Origin: an uncultured delta proteobacterium
GTDB taxonomy: Bacteria > Desulfobacterota > Zymogenia > Zymogenales > Zymogenaceae
Length of the DNA stretch: 64,000 nt
Assembly: GCA_963735595.1 (NCBI GenBank)
Contig: CAVTLK010000001.1
Span: 768,001-832,000, forward strand
Direction of reading: 5' to 3'
This document shows, in pieces, positions 51,301 to 59,623 of this stretch. Each line of letters starts with the position of its first letter. Position 1 is the stretch's first letter. Both the position numbers and the translations under genes were made by a program. The notes beneath the pieces are model-generated. The model was not told the DNA's origin. It was given only the letters and a program-made list of their open reading frames with translations, and made no database searches.

Positions 51301-51453
51301 GTAGTCGGACTCGCCCAGACAGAAGCGGACCGAATCCCGCCTCAGGCTCAAGAGATCCCTTCCCTGTATGCCTTTCTGGCGGACGTAGGCAAGGATGTCT
51401 TCGAAAAGGGCCGCCCTCTTATCGAGGAGCTGATCTCTGAAACCTGATTCCAT
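48385..51453 (-). CDS. Large (1022 aa) protein with a class III nucleotidyl cyclase-like domain split by a coiled coil
   Basis: LFVDLKGFT, LLGDA, GLYISFG, DKINEASR and GEALSEE motifs; likely start ATG 51453, just after the radical SAM stop. Confidence 0.75.
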   Translation of the reverse strand: MESGFRDQLLDKRAALFEDILAYVRQKGIQGRDLLSLRRDSVRFCLGESDYDIRIPFIFGGGAEEIFEEATRELASLMKGRFEPSMVYDERGSIVVSVSDERVKLLQKGYRVAGVFKNRLETEIAVSTVYSDPLIDAGLIASWFSPSLHGRQFISELLRIYKKAIEEEMRLGASERTSLLVHLAVASILNDKKEIIKGVKIRGLSYEKLDRSISILYSNVIRAVVTEVFSSFKGKRLSHDFKEMEYLLLSTATPFFVLNIKSAILGNDLNPYNLTPKIASSLEDVYNQAARKAHSIVDVTKGMVDQIMRDKTLTEQIIEFHSIGSFRDDILDYLISFDNQKEGIHILFSEIAQDDKLLRALWEDSKLASRVETGLAEQVDRYRRDEGRVNKIKKITTNFKTHRRWGLIRIFSVGKETLTFQISEIVKRYIVYRMEFGYDSYFAASKRLLENRKRQIPLKELIREYDAGRLYRFGGDHKVFLIKTEEMKEGHLFVDLKGFTKRTKRSGSHVMADFLKNEFYVPILAAAKRYHLKIGRERSLGIELNNLLGDAITFSGNVVALVELAKEIQIITAEYKRELLRNNPDFDEKLMRQRQLDEYKSDLVTITKQKKQLVGTIKALDRIVESKRSMSPQAMLEAQMKLFDETIQDHIDAIGLVSQQIRDAANTPERDNRLAHETELREQLALIKASRDELVNEVEKQDLVKRSKEFYTEVCQDELNQIDRLKGMLADVRAKEREINQTYYERIGEISDLGVNTGLYISFGGVSEIITLYDDLWGDIKVSIADKINEASRGAQRNRSVKKRIERFLEKKRMEAHNPNLIYPFDVIIGNTLSIIKPLDEEADRFVRPAVGAVPSEGADLRESGGNGSGPEPFDGIFGVDENLLEEGFISENTDIYNLGEALSEEALREYIRGCRDRFYFFDRRVQRGELKADFDKIFAYDGTEIYLIFGVEQHGEARHVEMFRYAGIIDYAGTQKREVTEVYEIIRPDSLFYLFIMDRHFEKWYEASRSVEDVREGLLGT

Positions 51454-51470
51454 GAATCGGTCTATTATCC

Positions 51471-52343
51471 TTATAATCCGCGAAGATGTTCCGGTCGAAG
51501 GAGATCCGTCCTGTTTTGGGAAAGGACATGTCGGATAATCGAGAGGGCCTGTTCCTTTTCCTGCGGCAGCCTGATCCTCAGCGGGAGGTAATTGGAGGCA
51601 TGGTTCGAGGTAAACAGGCAATCGGTGACATCGGTATGGGTTAACATCGCCCCCAGCTCCTCGAGGAGCCCCCAGGTATCGGGCAGTACATACTCACCCC
51701 GCACCTGCCGCTCGGCCAGTGGAGTCCCCGGCACGACCATAACGGTGAGCGCGCCGATATAGTCCGGGTTCATTTCCGAGAGAACCTTTCCGCTCTGCTC
51801 GGCGTGAACGATGCTTCTTTCAATCCCCGCGATCCCGACCAATACCGTGACCGATAATAGTATACCGGCCTCCCGCACCCGGTGGGCCGCCTCAATCATA
51901 GCCGGGACGTCTGCTCCCTTCCGGATTTCATCGAGGACCTGCGGGTCACCGCTCTCAAGCCCGAGGTAGACGATACCGAGCCCCATGTCCTTTAGCTCAC
52001 TAAGCTCTTCCGGGCTTTTCTTGAGGATGCTCTTGGCGTTACCGTAGACGCCGATCCTCTCGATATCGGGAAAGGACGCGTTAATCTCGGCAACGATAGG
52101 CGCCAGCATACGCTGGGGGATGATGAGGGCGTCGCCGTCGGCTAAAAAGACCCGCCTGACACCTCGGTACCGGCGCGCCCCGTCCAGGTCTTCGCGGATC
52201 TCCTCTATGCTCCGGATTCTGAAACGCTTCCCTTTATAGGTGGGACAAAACGTGCACCGGTTATGGGAGCATCCGAGGGTCACCTGAAGTATGAGGCTGC
52301 CCGCTTCGCTGGGTGGGCGTATGACAATGCCTTCGTATCTCAT
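51471..52343 (-). CDS. Radical SAM protein
   Basis: CSHNRCTFC, RPPSEA, GLESG and SNHASNY. Confidence 0.92.
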   Translation of the reverse strand: MRYEGIVIRPPSEAGSLILQVTLGCSHNRCTFCPTYKGKRFRIRSIEEIREDLDGARRYRGVRRVFLADGDALIIPQRMLAPIVAEINASFPDIERIGVYGNAKSILKKSPEELSELKDMGLGIVYLGLESGDPQVLDEIRKGADVPAMIEAAHRVREAGILLSVTVLVGIAGIERSIVHAEQSGKVLSEMNPDYIGALTVMVVPGTPLAERQVRGEYVLPDTWGLLEELGAMLTHTDVTDCLFTSNHASNYLPLRIRLPQEKEQALSIIRHVLSQNRTDLLRPEHLRGL

Positions 52344-52449
52344 TTCGATGTGCGGGCGCGACCGCCGCGTTATCGCGTCGGCTGTTACGCGCGCCTGGCG
52401 CGGGTAACAACCGGCAGGCGATTTTCACGGGCAGGGCCTTCGTATCTTC

Positions 52450-52827
52450 CTATTTCTTCTTTCTTGTCGCCGGGGCCTTTTTCTTTTCCTTGGCGTCCGT
52501 CGGCGCCGCCGTGTCCGGCTCTCCGGGCTGCAGCGCCTCTGTCTGCGGCCCCGCGGCAAGCTCCGCCTTGAGCTTCGTGTTTTCCTTCCGGAGCTTCCGG
52601 TTATTTATGCTGAGGGACGTCCGCTCGATAACCTCCAAAAGCGACATCACGATGATCGTGATCAGTATGGCGATGTAGAAAAACGCGAAGAGCGGAAGCT
52701 CAAACGATTGATAGGTCACCCCGCCGTACGAAAGCAAGACCAGGGAAGTCGGCGCCTGATTGTAATGGGCGAAGATCACCAGGATCAACAGGACGATCGC
52801 AAACAGGATAATTTTAATATACTTCAT
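52450..52827 (-). CDS. LapA/DUF1049-family membrane protein
   Basis: Two TM helices, FAHYN motif and a C-terminal coiled coil. Confidence 0.7.
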   Translation of the reverse strand: MKYIKIILFAIVLLILVIFAHYNQAPTSLVLLSYGGVTYQSFELPLFAFFYIAILITIIVMSLLEVIERTSLSINNRKLRKENTKLKAELAAGPQTEALQPGEPDTAAPTDAKEKKKAPATRKKK

Positions 52828-53345
52828 AGTCCCTCCTCACGCAATGGTGCCGTCCGATACGCGTCCAGCAGCTTGTCGTAAGTCGATTGTATATGCTCGG
52901 AGATAACCTTTACCTCTCCGATAACCGGCATGAAATTAGTGTCGCCGTCCCAGCGGGGAACGACGTGTACGTGCAGGTGATCCTCCACGCCGGCGCCCGC
53001 CGTCTTACCGAGGTTGAGCCCGATATTAAAACCGTGGGGATTCATGGTTCTGTGAAAGACGTCAATAAACGCCTGGACAAACCCGAATATTTCCGCGATC
53101 TCGTTTTGATCGAGGCTTCCGAAATCCCCCGTATGCCGGATCGGCGCCACCATCAGATGGCCGTTATTATAGGGATACTTATTCATGATGACAAAGGAAC
53201 GGCTCCCCCGCGCGAGGATGAGGTTGCCCCGATCGTCGGCCTGGGCAAACCGGTTGCAGAAAATACACCCCTTCTCTTTTTGCCCGGCAATATACTCCAT
53301 CCTCCACGGCGCCCAGAGGATCTCGCGGTGATCGGTGTCGCTCAA
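52824..53345 (-). CDS. HIT-domain protein (Ap4A phosphorylase-like)
   Basis: LWAPWR, CIFC, NKYPYNNGH, HLHVH and PRWDGDTNF; start inferred at the TTG overlapping the upstream TGA. Confidence 0.9.
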   Translation of the reverse strand: MSDTDHREILWAPWRMEYIAGQKEKGCIFCNRFAQADDRGNLILARGSRSFVIMNKYPYNNGHLMVAPIRHTGDFGSLDQNEIAEIFGFVQAFIDVFHRTMNPHGFNIGLNLGKTAGAGVEDHLHVHVVPRWDGDTNFMPVIGEVKVISEHIQSTYDKLLDAYRTAPLREEGL

Positions 53346-53827
53346 ATCTCCTGGATCTCCCCGGTTATCGTGTTGTTGGCGATAGTCAGAAACCCGAGCG
53401 TATTCTTCTCGGCAAATCGTTTGTCGGTTGGGGACCCGGGGTTGAGCATAAGGACGCCCTGCTGGTTTCCGAGAAACGGGGCATGGCTGTGGCCGAATAC
53501 AATGCAGTCGACCGTGTCGGACCGGAATTCTTCCAAGACCCGTACCGGCAGCCCGTCGGGGGACCCCCAGCCGTGGGTGATACCGATTCGCTTTCCTTCC
53601 AGTTCTTCGATCCTTTTCCCCGGCAGCGACTCGGCCAGCGTCCCGCGATCCATGTTGCCTCTCACGGCCATGAGGTGCCACGTCGAAAGGAAGCGAAAGA
53701 CGCTCTCCTCGACGATATCACCGGCGTGGACAATCACGTCCACGTCGGAAAAGTAGCGCCGCACCAATCGGGTAAACCGATCGTCAACGGCGGTCAGGTG
53801 CGTGTCAGATATGACACCGATCTTCAT
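53342..53827 (-). CDS. YfcE/MJ0936-family metallophosphoesterase
   Basis: SDTH, HAGD, GNMD, THG, GHSH and NPGS. Confidence 0.92.
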   Translation of the reverse strand: MKIGVISDTHLTAVDDRFTRLVRRYFSDVDVIVHAGDIVEESVFRFLSTWHLMAVRGNMDRGTLAESLPGKRIEELEGKRIGITHGWGSPDGLPVRVLEEFRSDTVDCIVFGHSHAPFLGNQQGVLMLNPGSPTDKRFAEKNTLGFLTIANNTITGEIQEI

Positions 53828-53922
53828 GCCAATTCTCCGATGCCACACTATAGAATAAAAGCGCGAATAAATCAACAGTAAAAACTATTTGCGCCCAAAA
53901 ACCGCCGGTGGTACAATCACCT

Positions 53923-54249
53923 ATGACCCGCGACGATGATACCGGAACTCCTTCCAGGCTGTCGGACATCCTGAGCGCAATCCTCAAGGACAGGGGATGG
54001 AACAGGGTCGTCAGGGAGCACCGGGTCTTTGAGGAATGGGACGGAGCCGTCGGCGCGATTATCGCGAAAAACGCCCAGCCGGTCAGGATCGATCGGGGCG
54101 TGATTGTGGCGGTCGTCACGAGCCCGGTATGGACCCAGGAGCTGTCACTGCTCAAGGAAACGATCATCGGGCGGCTCAATGACCGTCTCGGTGAGCCGCT
54201 GGTGTCAGATATCCGGTTTATTCAGGGAGAGATACCCGGCGATTCGTAG
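53923..54249 (+). CDS. DUF721/DciA-family protein
   Basis: W..AVG..IA...QP, WTQEL and DIRF pattern. Confidence 0.82.
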   Translation: MTRDDDTGTPSRLSDILSAILKDRGWNRVVREHRVFEEWDGAVGAIIAKNAQPVRIDRGVIVAVVTSPVWTQELSLLKETIIGRLNDRLGEPLVSDIRFIQGEIPGDS

Positions 54250-54397
54250 GAGCCTGCGGTAGACACGCGCCCTGCTCGGGGTTTATACTCTAACCCGCAA
54301 CGACCGGTGGCTTGACCGCGGGCGTCCTTCGACGGCCTTTTCGCGGCATCACCGCTTCCGGGGCTGTGCCGAGGAGGGCCGGGGTTGAAAGGAGATA

Positions 54398-54736
54398 TCA
54401 GGCCGGCGGGTTCTGACAGACCAGGGTTACCTCGTTGATCCACCGGACGTAGTCATCCAGCGCGTGGGTGATAGGAAGCGAGATGATCTCCGGTATCTTG
54501 TAGCTGTGGAGCCCCTGGATGGCCTGCTTCACCTGCTCGAAGAGCTCGGCGCGGGTCTTGATAATCAACAGGTATTCCTCGCTGGATTCAACCTTCCCTT
54601 CCCACGTGTAAATCGACCGCATATTCGGGATGATGCTCACGCAGGCCGCCAGCTTTGTATTCACCAGTTCGTTTGCAATCTTATCGGCTTCGTTCTGACT
54701 GCTTGCCGACACCAGCACTACCGAAGAACCAGTCAT
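54398..54736 (-). CDS. cutA: Divalent-cation tolerance protein CutA
   Basis: LAACV, SIYTWEG and HSYKIPE. Confidence 0.93.
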   Translation of the reverse strand: MTGSSVVLVSASSQNEADKIANELVNTKLAACVSIIPNMRSIYTWEGKVESSEEYLLIIKTRAELFEQVKQAIQGLHSYKIPEIISLPITHALDDYVRWINEVTLVCQNPPA

Positions 54737-54765
54737 AGCGCCTCCTCATGGATCATGGGCGAACG

Positions 54766-56106
54766 TTATGGACCAGCATGCCGGTCTTTCCTGATACCGT
54801 CAATCTTCTCCGTCCAGGATCGTATCTCCTCCAGGGCCCTGTTGGCGATATATCGTTTCCTATCCTTCTTCCGTACCTCGGGCGGGGGACTTGAAAAGAG
54901 CCCGAAATTGATGTTCATCGGCTGAAAATCCCCGCCGCGGGCTTCGGTTATATAAGAAACCAGGCTGCCAATCGCGCTGCTTCGCGGAGGGACGAGCGGC
55001 CCCTCCCCCAGGGCAAGGAGACCCGCGTTGAGCCCCGCGACGATACCCATTGCCGCCGATTCAACGTACCCCTCGACTCCCACCAGCTGTCCCGTTAAAA
55101 AAAAGCCCGGCCTTGTCTTGATCTCGAGGGTCGGAAAAATAATCCGGGGAGCGTTGATAAAGGTGTTTCGGTGGATGCTTCCGTATCGTGCGAACTGGGC
55201 GTTTTCCAGGCCCGGGATCATCCGAAATATCCGCTCCTGGTCTTTTTGTTTGAGCCGCGTCTGAAATCCGACCATATTGAAGAGGGTTCCTTCGCTGTTC
55301 TCATGTCTCAGCTGAACCACCGCGAAGGGACGAAGCCCCGTCTTGGGGTCGGTCAATCCCACCGGCTTCATCGGGCCGAACGCAAGCGTATCATCTCCGC
55401 GTTTTACCATGACCTCGATGGGCAGGCACCCTTCGAAGATCTTGGTGTCCTCAAACGAGTGGGGGAGCACCTCGTCGGCGCGTTTGACCTCCCGTATGAA
55501 CCGGTAGTAGCACTCCTCGGTCAGCGGCAGATTGATGTAGTCGTCGCCCCCCTTGTCGTAGCGCGAGCCCATGAAGGCAACCTCCATGTTGATACTCTCG
55601 GCCGTGACAATGGGTGAGATGGCGTCGTAAAAAAACAGGTTATCCTTGCCCGTTACCCGGATGATCGCTTCGGCAAGGGCGTCGGAAGTCAGGGGGCCGG
55701 TAGCCACCACCGTGGGAACGTCCTCGGGCAGTGATGTAATTTCCTGTCTGACGACTGTGACCGCCGGATGCGCGCTCATCCGCTCGGTAATGGCGGAAGA
55801 GAACCGCTCCCTATCCACCGCCAGCGCCGAGCCCGCCGGAACCCTGGTTTGGTGGGCGGCGGCAATTATGATCGAATCAAGCGTCTCCATCTCGCGTTTG
55901 AGAATCCCTGAGGCATTTTCGGTTGACTCGGCTCTCAACGAATTGCTGCACACGAGCTCCGCCATTGCCTGGTTGGTATGCGCCGGCGAAAACTTCGTCG
56001 GTTTCATTTCGTAGAGGGTAACGGCCACCCCCATGTTGGCCGCCCGCCACGCGGCCTCGCAACCGGCAAGACCGGCGCCGATCACGGTGATGTGGGGTCG
56101 TTTCAT
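54766..56106 (-). CDS. trmFO: FADH2-dependent tRNA (m5U54) methyltransferase TrmFO
   Basis: GAGLAGCEAA, ELVCSNS, HRNTFI, GVEGYVES and FQPMN. Confidence 0.96.
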   Translation of the reverse strand: MKRPHITVIGAGLAGCEAAWRAANMGVAVTLYEMKPTKFSPAHTNQAMAELVCSNSLRAESTENASGILKREMETLDSIIIAAAHQTRVPAGSALAVDRERFSSAITERMSAHPAVTVVRQEITSLPEDVPTVVATGPLTSDALAEAIIRVTGKDNLFFYDAISPIVTAESINMEVAFMGSRYDKGGDDYINLPLTEECYYRFIREVKRADEVLPHSFEDTKIFEGCLPIEVMVKRGDDTLAFGPMKPVGLTDPKTGLRPFAVVQLRHENSEGTLFNMVGFQTRLKQKDQERIFRMIPGLENAQFARYGSIHRNTFINAPRIIFPTLEIKTRPGFFLTGQLVGVEGYVESAAMGIVAGLNAGLLALGEGPLVPPRSSAIGSLVSYITEARGGDFQPMNINFGLFSSPPPEVRKKDRKRYIANRALEEIRSWTEKIDGIRKDRHAGP

Positions 56107-58400
56107 GAGGCGCCCGGCTCCTTCTTGACGTCAATACGCTCCGAATAGCCGCACCCCTCCGCCGGGCAGACCAGCATCTGGTCCTCCCCCTTCTTCTCCT
56201 TGAGCGTCATGAACGGCGAGCCGCACTTCGGACATGGTTTATTAAAGGGCTTGTTGGAGATGATATATTTGCAGTCGGGATATCGCGAGCACCCGTAAAA
56301 CGCCCTCCCCTTCGTCCTGCCCTTGCTGCTCCTGCGCTCGATGAGGGTGCCCGCCTTGCACTCGGGGCAGGTTACGCCGGTATCCACCGCCTTCTTGAGA
56401 GACTTGATGTTCCTGCATTCCGGGTATCCCGTGCACCCGAGGAACGGCCCGAACCTGCCCTTCTTTACCTGCATGGGCTTTCCGCACTTGTCGCAGATCT
56501 CCTCGGTCGCCGGGACCTCCTGGACGTCGCCCTCCAGCGGCGCGACGTATCGGCAGTCCGGGTATCCGTTGCAGGCGTAGAACCTCCCGTACCTCCCCAG
56601 CTTGATGACAACCTGCTTGCCGCAGAGGGGGCAGGTCTTATCCGTCGGCTGGGTGGTGATATCGCTCTTCTTGATCTCCTTATCCTTGCTGATGATCAGG
56701 TTATTGAAGGGTTCCCAGAAGTCCTTGATCATAGGCCGCCACTGTATCAGGCCCGCGGCGATATTGTCCAGGTCCTCTTCCATGTGGGCGGTAAATCCGT
56801 AGTCGACGTACCGGTTGAAGTGCGCCACCAACAGATCGTTGACCACCATGCCGATATCCTCGGGGAAAAACCGTCTCTCTTTGAGCGTAACGTATTGGCG
56901 CGTCTTGAGGGTATTGATGATCCCCGCGTAGGTAGAGGGCCGTCCGATGCCGTATTCCTCCAGCGCCTTGATGAGGGTCGCCTCGGAGTACCGGGGGGGC
57001 GGCGCCGTAAAATGCTGTTCCGGTACGATCCCGATGGCCGTGAGTGGATCGTCCGGCGCAAGGGTCGGCAACTTCGTCTCCCGATCCTCGGCCTCGTCGT
57101 CGACCCCCTCCAGATAGACCTTCGAAAAACCCGGGAACTTCACCGTGTATCCGGTCGATCGGAAAGTGTAGCCGTTATCGCTGACGATATCCACCGAGAC
57201 CGAGTCGAGGATCTGTTCGGACATCTGGGACGCAATCGTCCGTTTCCAGACGAGTTCGTAAAGCCTCAGCTCATCCTTGGTCAGGTATTTCCTGACCGAC
57301 TCCGGGGTTCGCGCGAGCGACGTGGGACGGATCGCCTCGTGGGCCTCCTGGGCGCCCTTGGCCTTCGCCCGATAGAACCGCGGTTTGGCCAGGGCGTACG
57401 ATTCCCCGAAGAGCCCGACGATAACCTGCCGCGCTTCGGCCAGCGCCGACGCGGCGATCTGGACACTGTCGGTCCTCATGTACGTAATCAGGCCGACCAT
57501 AGAATCGCCGATTTCCTTGCCCTCGTAGAGCTTCTGGGCCACGTCCATCGTCTTTTTCGCGAAAAATCCGAGCTTTCGGGACGCCTCCTGCTGGAGCGTG
57601 CTGGTGATAAACGGGGGAGGAGGCGTTCGCCGGACGTCTTTGCGCCGAACCTCGCCTACCCTGAACACCGCCCGGTCCAGCGCATCGACGACGGCCAGCG
57701 CCGCCGCCTCGTCGGCGATATCGAATTTATCGTATTTCTTTCCGTCGCGCGCCGTCAGCGTCGCGGTGAAGGGCTCATACGCGCCCTCCTTGGTGAATAT
57801 CCCCTCGACCGTCCAGAATTCCCGGGGAGCAAATCCCTCTATTTCCCGCTCCCGCTCGCAGATTATCCTCAACGCAACCGACTGTACCCTGCCGGCCGAC
57901 AGGCGGTATCGGATCTTTTTCCAGAGCAGCGGGGAGAGGTTGAAACCCACCAGGTAGTCGAGGATGACGCGCGCCTGCTGGGCGTCAACAAGGTTCTGGG
58001 AGATAGCTCGGGGGTTGGCGAAGGCCGCCTGTATGGCGTCCTTCGTTACCTCGGAAAAGACGACCCGGTGCACCGTTACGCCCTTCGTATCCCCGTCATC
58101 AATCCCGAGGACCGCGGCAAGATGCCAGGCGATCGCCTCGCCCTCTCGGTCAAGGTCGGTCGCCAGGTAGACCGTGGTAACGCCTTTCATCTCGGCCACG
58201 ATGCGGTCGATGTATTTCTTCTTTTCCTCGAGAACTTCGTAGACGGGGGTGAAGTCATGGTCAACGTCCACCGAGCCGTCCTTGCTGGGCAGCGAACGCA
58301 CGTGCCCGTACGATGCCACCACCTTGTAGGAGGCGCCGAGGTATTTCTCGATGGTCTTGGCCTTGGCCGGCGATTCGACGATAACCAGTGACTTTGCCAT
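56103..58400 (-). CDS. topA: DNA topoisomerase I
   Basis: IVESPAK, DREGE, SAGRVQS, ITYMRTD and C-terminal Zn ribbons. Confidence 0.98.
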   Translation of the reverse strand: MAKSLVIVESPAKAKTIEKYLGASYKVVASYGHVRSLPSKDGSVDVDHDFTPVYEVLEEKKKYIDRIVAEMKGVTTVYLATDLDREGEAIAWHLAAVLGIDDGDTKGVTVHRVVFSEVTKDAIQAAFANPRAISQNLVDAQQARVILDYLVGFNLSPLLWKKIRYRLSAGRVQSVALRIICEREREIEGFAPREFWTVEGIFTKEGAYEPFTATLTARDGKKYDKFDIADEAAALAVVDALDRAVFRVGEVRRKDVRRTPPPPFITSTLQQEASRKLGFFAKKTMDVAQKLYEGKEIGDSMVGLITYMRTDSVQIAASALAEARQVIVGLFGESYALAKPRFYRAKAKGAQEAHEAIRPTSLARTPESVRKYLTKDELRLYELVWKRTIASQMSEQILDSVSVDIVSDNGYTFRSTGYTVKFPGFSKVYLEGVDDEAEDRETKLPTLAPDDPLTAIGIVPEQHFTAPPPRYSEATLIKALEEYGIGRPSTYAGIINTLKTRQYVTLKERRFFPEDIGMVVNDLLVAHFNRYVDYGFTAHMEEDLDNIAAGLIQWRPMIKDFWEPFNNLIISKDKEIKKSDITTQPTDKTCPLCGKQVVIKLGRYGRFYACNGYPDCRYVAPLEGDVQEVPATEEICDKCGKPMQVKKGRFGPFLGCTGYPECRNIKSLKKAVDTGVTCPECKAGTLIERRSSKGRTKGRAFYGCSRYPDCKYIISNKPFNKPCPKCGSPFMTLKEKKGEDQMLVCPAEGCGYSERIDVKKEPGAS

Positions 58401-58418
58401 AGTCAGCGTAAACCCGTT

Positions 58419-59525
58419 CTAAAGGGTATTGAGGATAAAGTTATTGCCCGATATCTGTTTGACCAGCCCCCGGAGCTCCAGGTCCAACAGGATCGCCAGG
58501 ACGTCCTGGCTCCTGAACCCGCTGCCCTCGATGATCGCCTCGATAGAGACGGGGCCGCTCTCGATGCACCGTAAGACCGTCCGCTCGGCATCCGAGAGGT
58601 CCTCGGGAAGCAATATCGGTTTCTCGCCGCCCTCCCCGTGCGCCGGGTCTCCAAGGGCAAAGGCCAGCTCTTCGATGACGTCTTCGGCGCTTTCCACCAG
58701 CTTTGCCCCTTCGCGGATCAGGGTGTGGGTTCCGCGGGAGCGCATCGAGGTAATATTTCCCGGGACGGCGAACACCTCCCGGTTTTGTTCGAGCGCAAGC
58801 TTGGCGGTGATAAGCGCCCCGCTATTGGGCGACGCTTCCGCGATCACCACGCCCAGTGAAACCCCGCTGATGATCCGGTTCCTCTTCGGGAAATTGGTCA
58901 TCTCGGGCTCGGTCCCGAAGGGGAATTCGCTGATCACCGCCCCGTTCTCGACGATCTCGGCAAACAACGGTCGGTTTTCCGACGGATAGATAACGTCTAT
59001 CCCGGAGCCCAGGACGGCGATCGTCCTGCCCTTTTGTCTCAGCGCACCCAGATGGGCCGCCGAATCGATTCCCCGGGCCATGCCGCTGACCACCGTTATC
59101 CCCCGGGCCGCCAGGCCCCGGGCGATTGTCTCCGCGCAAATCAGCCCGTACCGGCTCGAATTGCGCGATCCGACCACGGCAACGGCCCGCCGGTCCCGGT
59201 CGGTAAACGAGCCCTTCAGGTAAAGGATCGGGGGGGCGTCGTAAATCTCTCTGAGCCTCGCCGGGTAGGCCGCGTCTTCGAGGCTGACGATCGTCACGTC
59301 CGCATCGGCGGCGCGTCCCACCTCGTCCTGCACGGCCCCCCAGCCGTTAAACGACGCGATGGCCGACGCCCGCGAGCTTCCCACCCCCTCGACGCCGGAA
59401 AGATCCCGCCTGCCGGCCCGAAAGACCGCCTCTGCGCCCCCGAAACGGTCGACGAGTTTCTTATACGTTACGCTGCCGACTCCGCTAATGGAGGCCAGCG
59501 CTATGGAATAGTGACGCGCGTCCAT
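58419..59525 (-). CDS. dprA: DNA-processing protein DprA
   Basis: VGSR, VSGMARGID, FPKRNRIISG and C-terminal LELRG. Confidence 0.96.
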   Translation of the reverse strand: MDARHYSIALASISGVGSVTYKKLVDRFGGAEAVFRAGRRDLSGVEGVGSSRASAIASFNGWGAVQDEVGRAADADVTIVSLEDAAYPARLREIYDAPPILYLKGSFTDRDRRAVAVVGSRNSSRYGLICAETIARGLAARGITVVSGMARGIDSAAHLGALRQKGRTIAVLGSGIDVIYPSENRPLFAEIVENGAVISEFPFGTEPEMTNFPKRNRIISGVSLGVVIAEASPNSGALITAKLALEQNREVFAVPGNITSMRSRGTHTLIREGAKLVESAEDVIEELAFALGDPAHGEGGEKPILLPEDLSDAERTVLRCIESGPVSIEAIIEGSGFRSQDVLAILLDLELRGLVKQISGNNFILNTL

Positions 59526-59535
59526 CGGGAAAAGA

Positions 59536-59563
59536 AGTATATAGCTTTTACCGTCTAAGTCAA
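59536..59563 (-). promoter_or_regulatory. Sigma70-like promoter for dprA-topA-trmFO, near-leaderless
   Basis: TTGACT-16 bp-TATACT, 10 bp before the dprA ATG; no Shine-Dalgarno sequence. Confidence 0.5.
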
Positions 59564-59567
59564 GATG

Positions 59568-59597
59568 AAAAACGGCGCCGAGAATTCCCGACGCCGT
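59568..59597 (-). terminator. Intrinsic terminator after the LysM gene
   Basis: ACGGCGTCGG-loop-TCGGCGCCGT followed by a T-run on the minus strand. Confidence 0.6.
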
Positions 59598-59623
59598 GCG
59601 CGATATCTCCCGGGATTACCCGT

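Noticed and set aside
48385..51453. Pycsar/CBASS anti-phage system
   Set aside because: No TIR or TM effector, or any other defence gene, adjacent; the context is housekeeping.
51454..51621. N-terminal 56-aa extension of the cyclase-like ORF
   Set aside because: Overlaps the radical SAM gene by about 150 bp; ATG 51453 after that gene's stop is more plausible.
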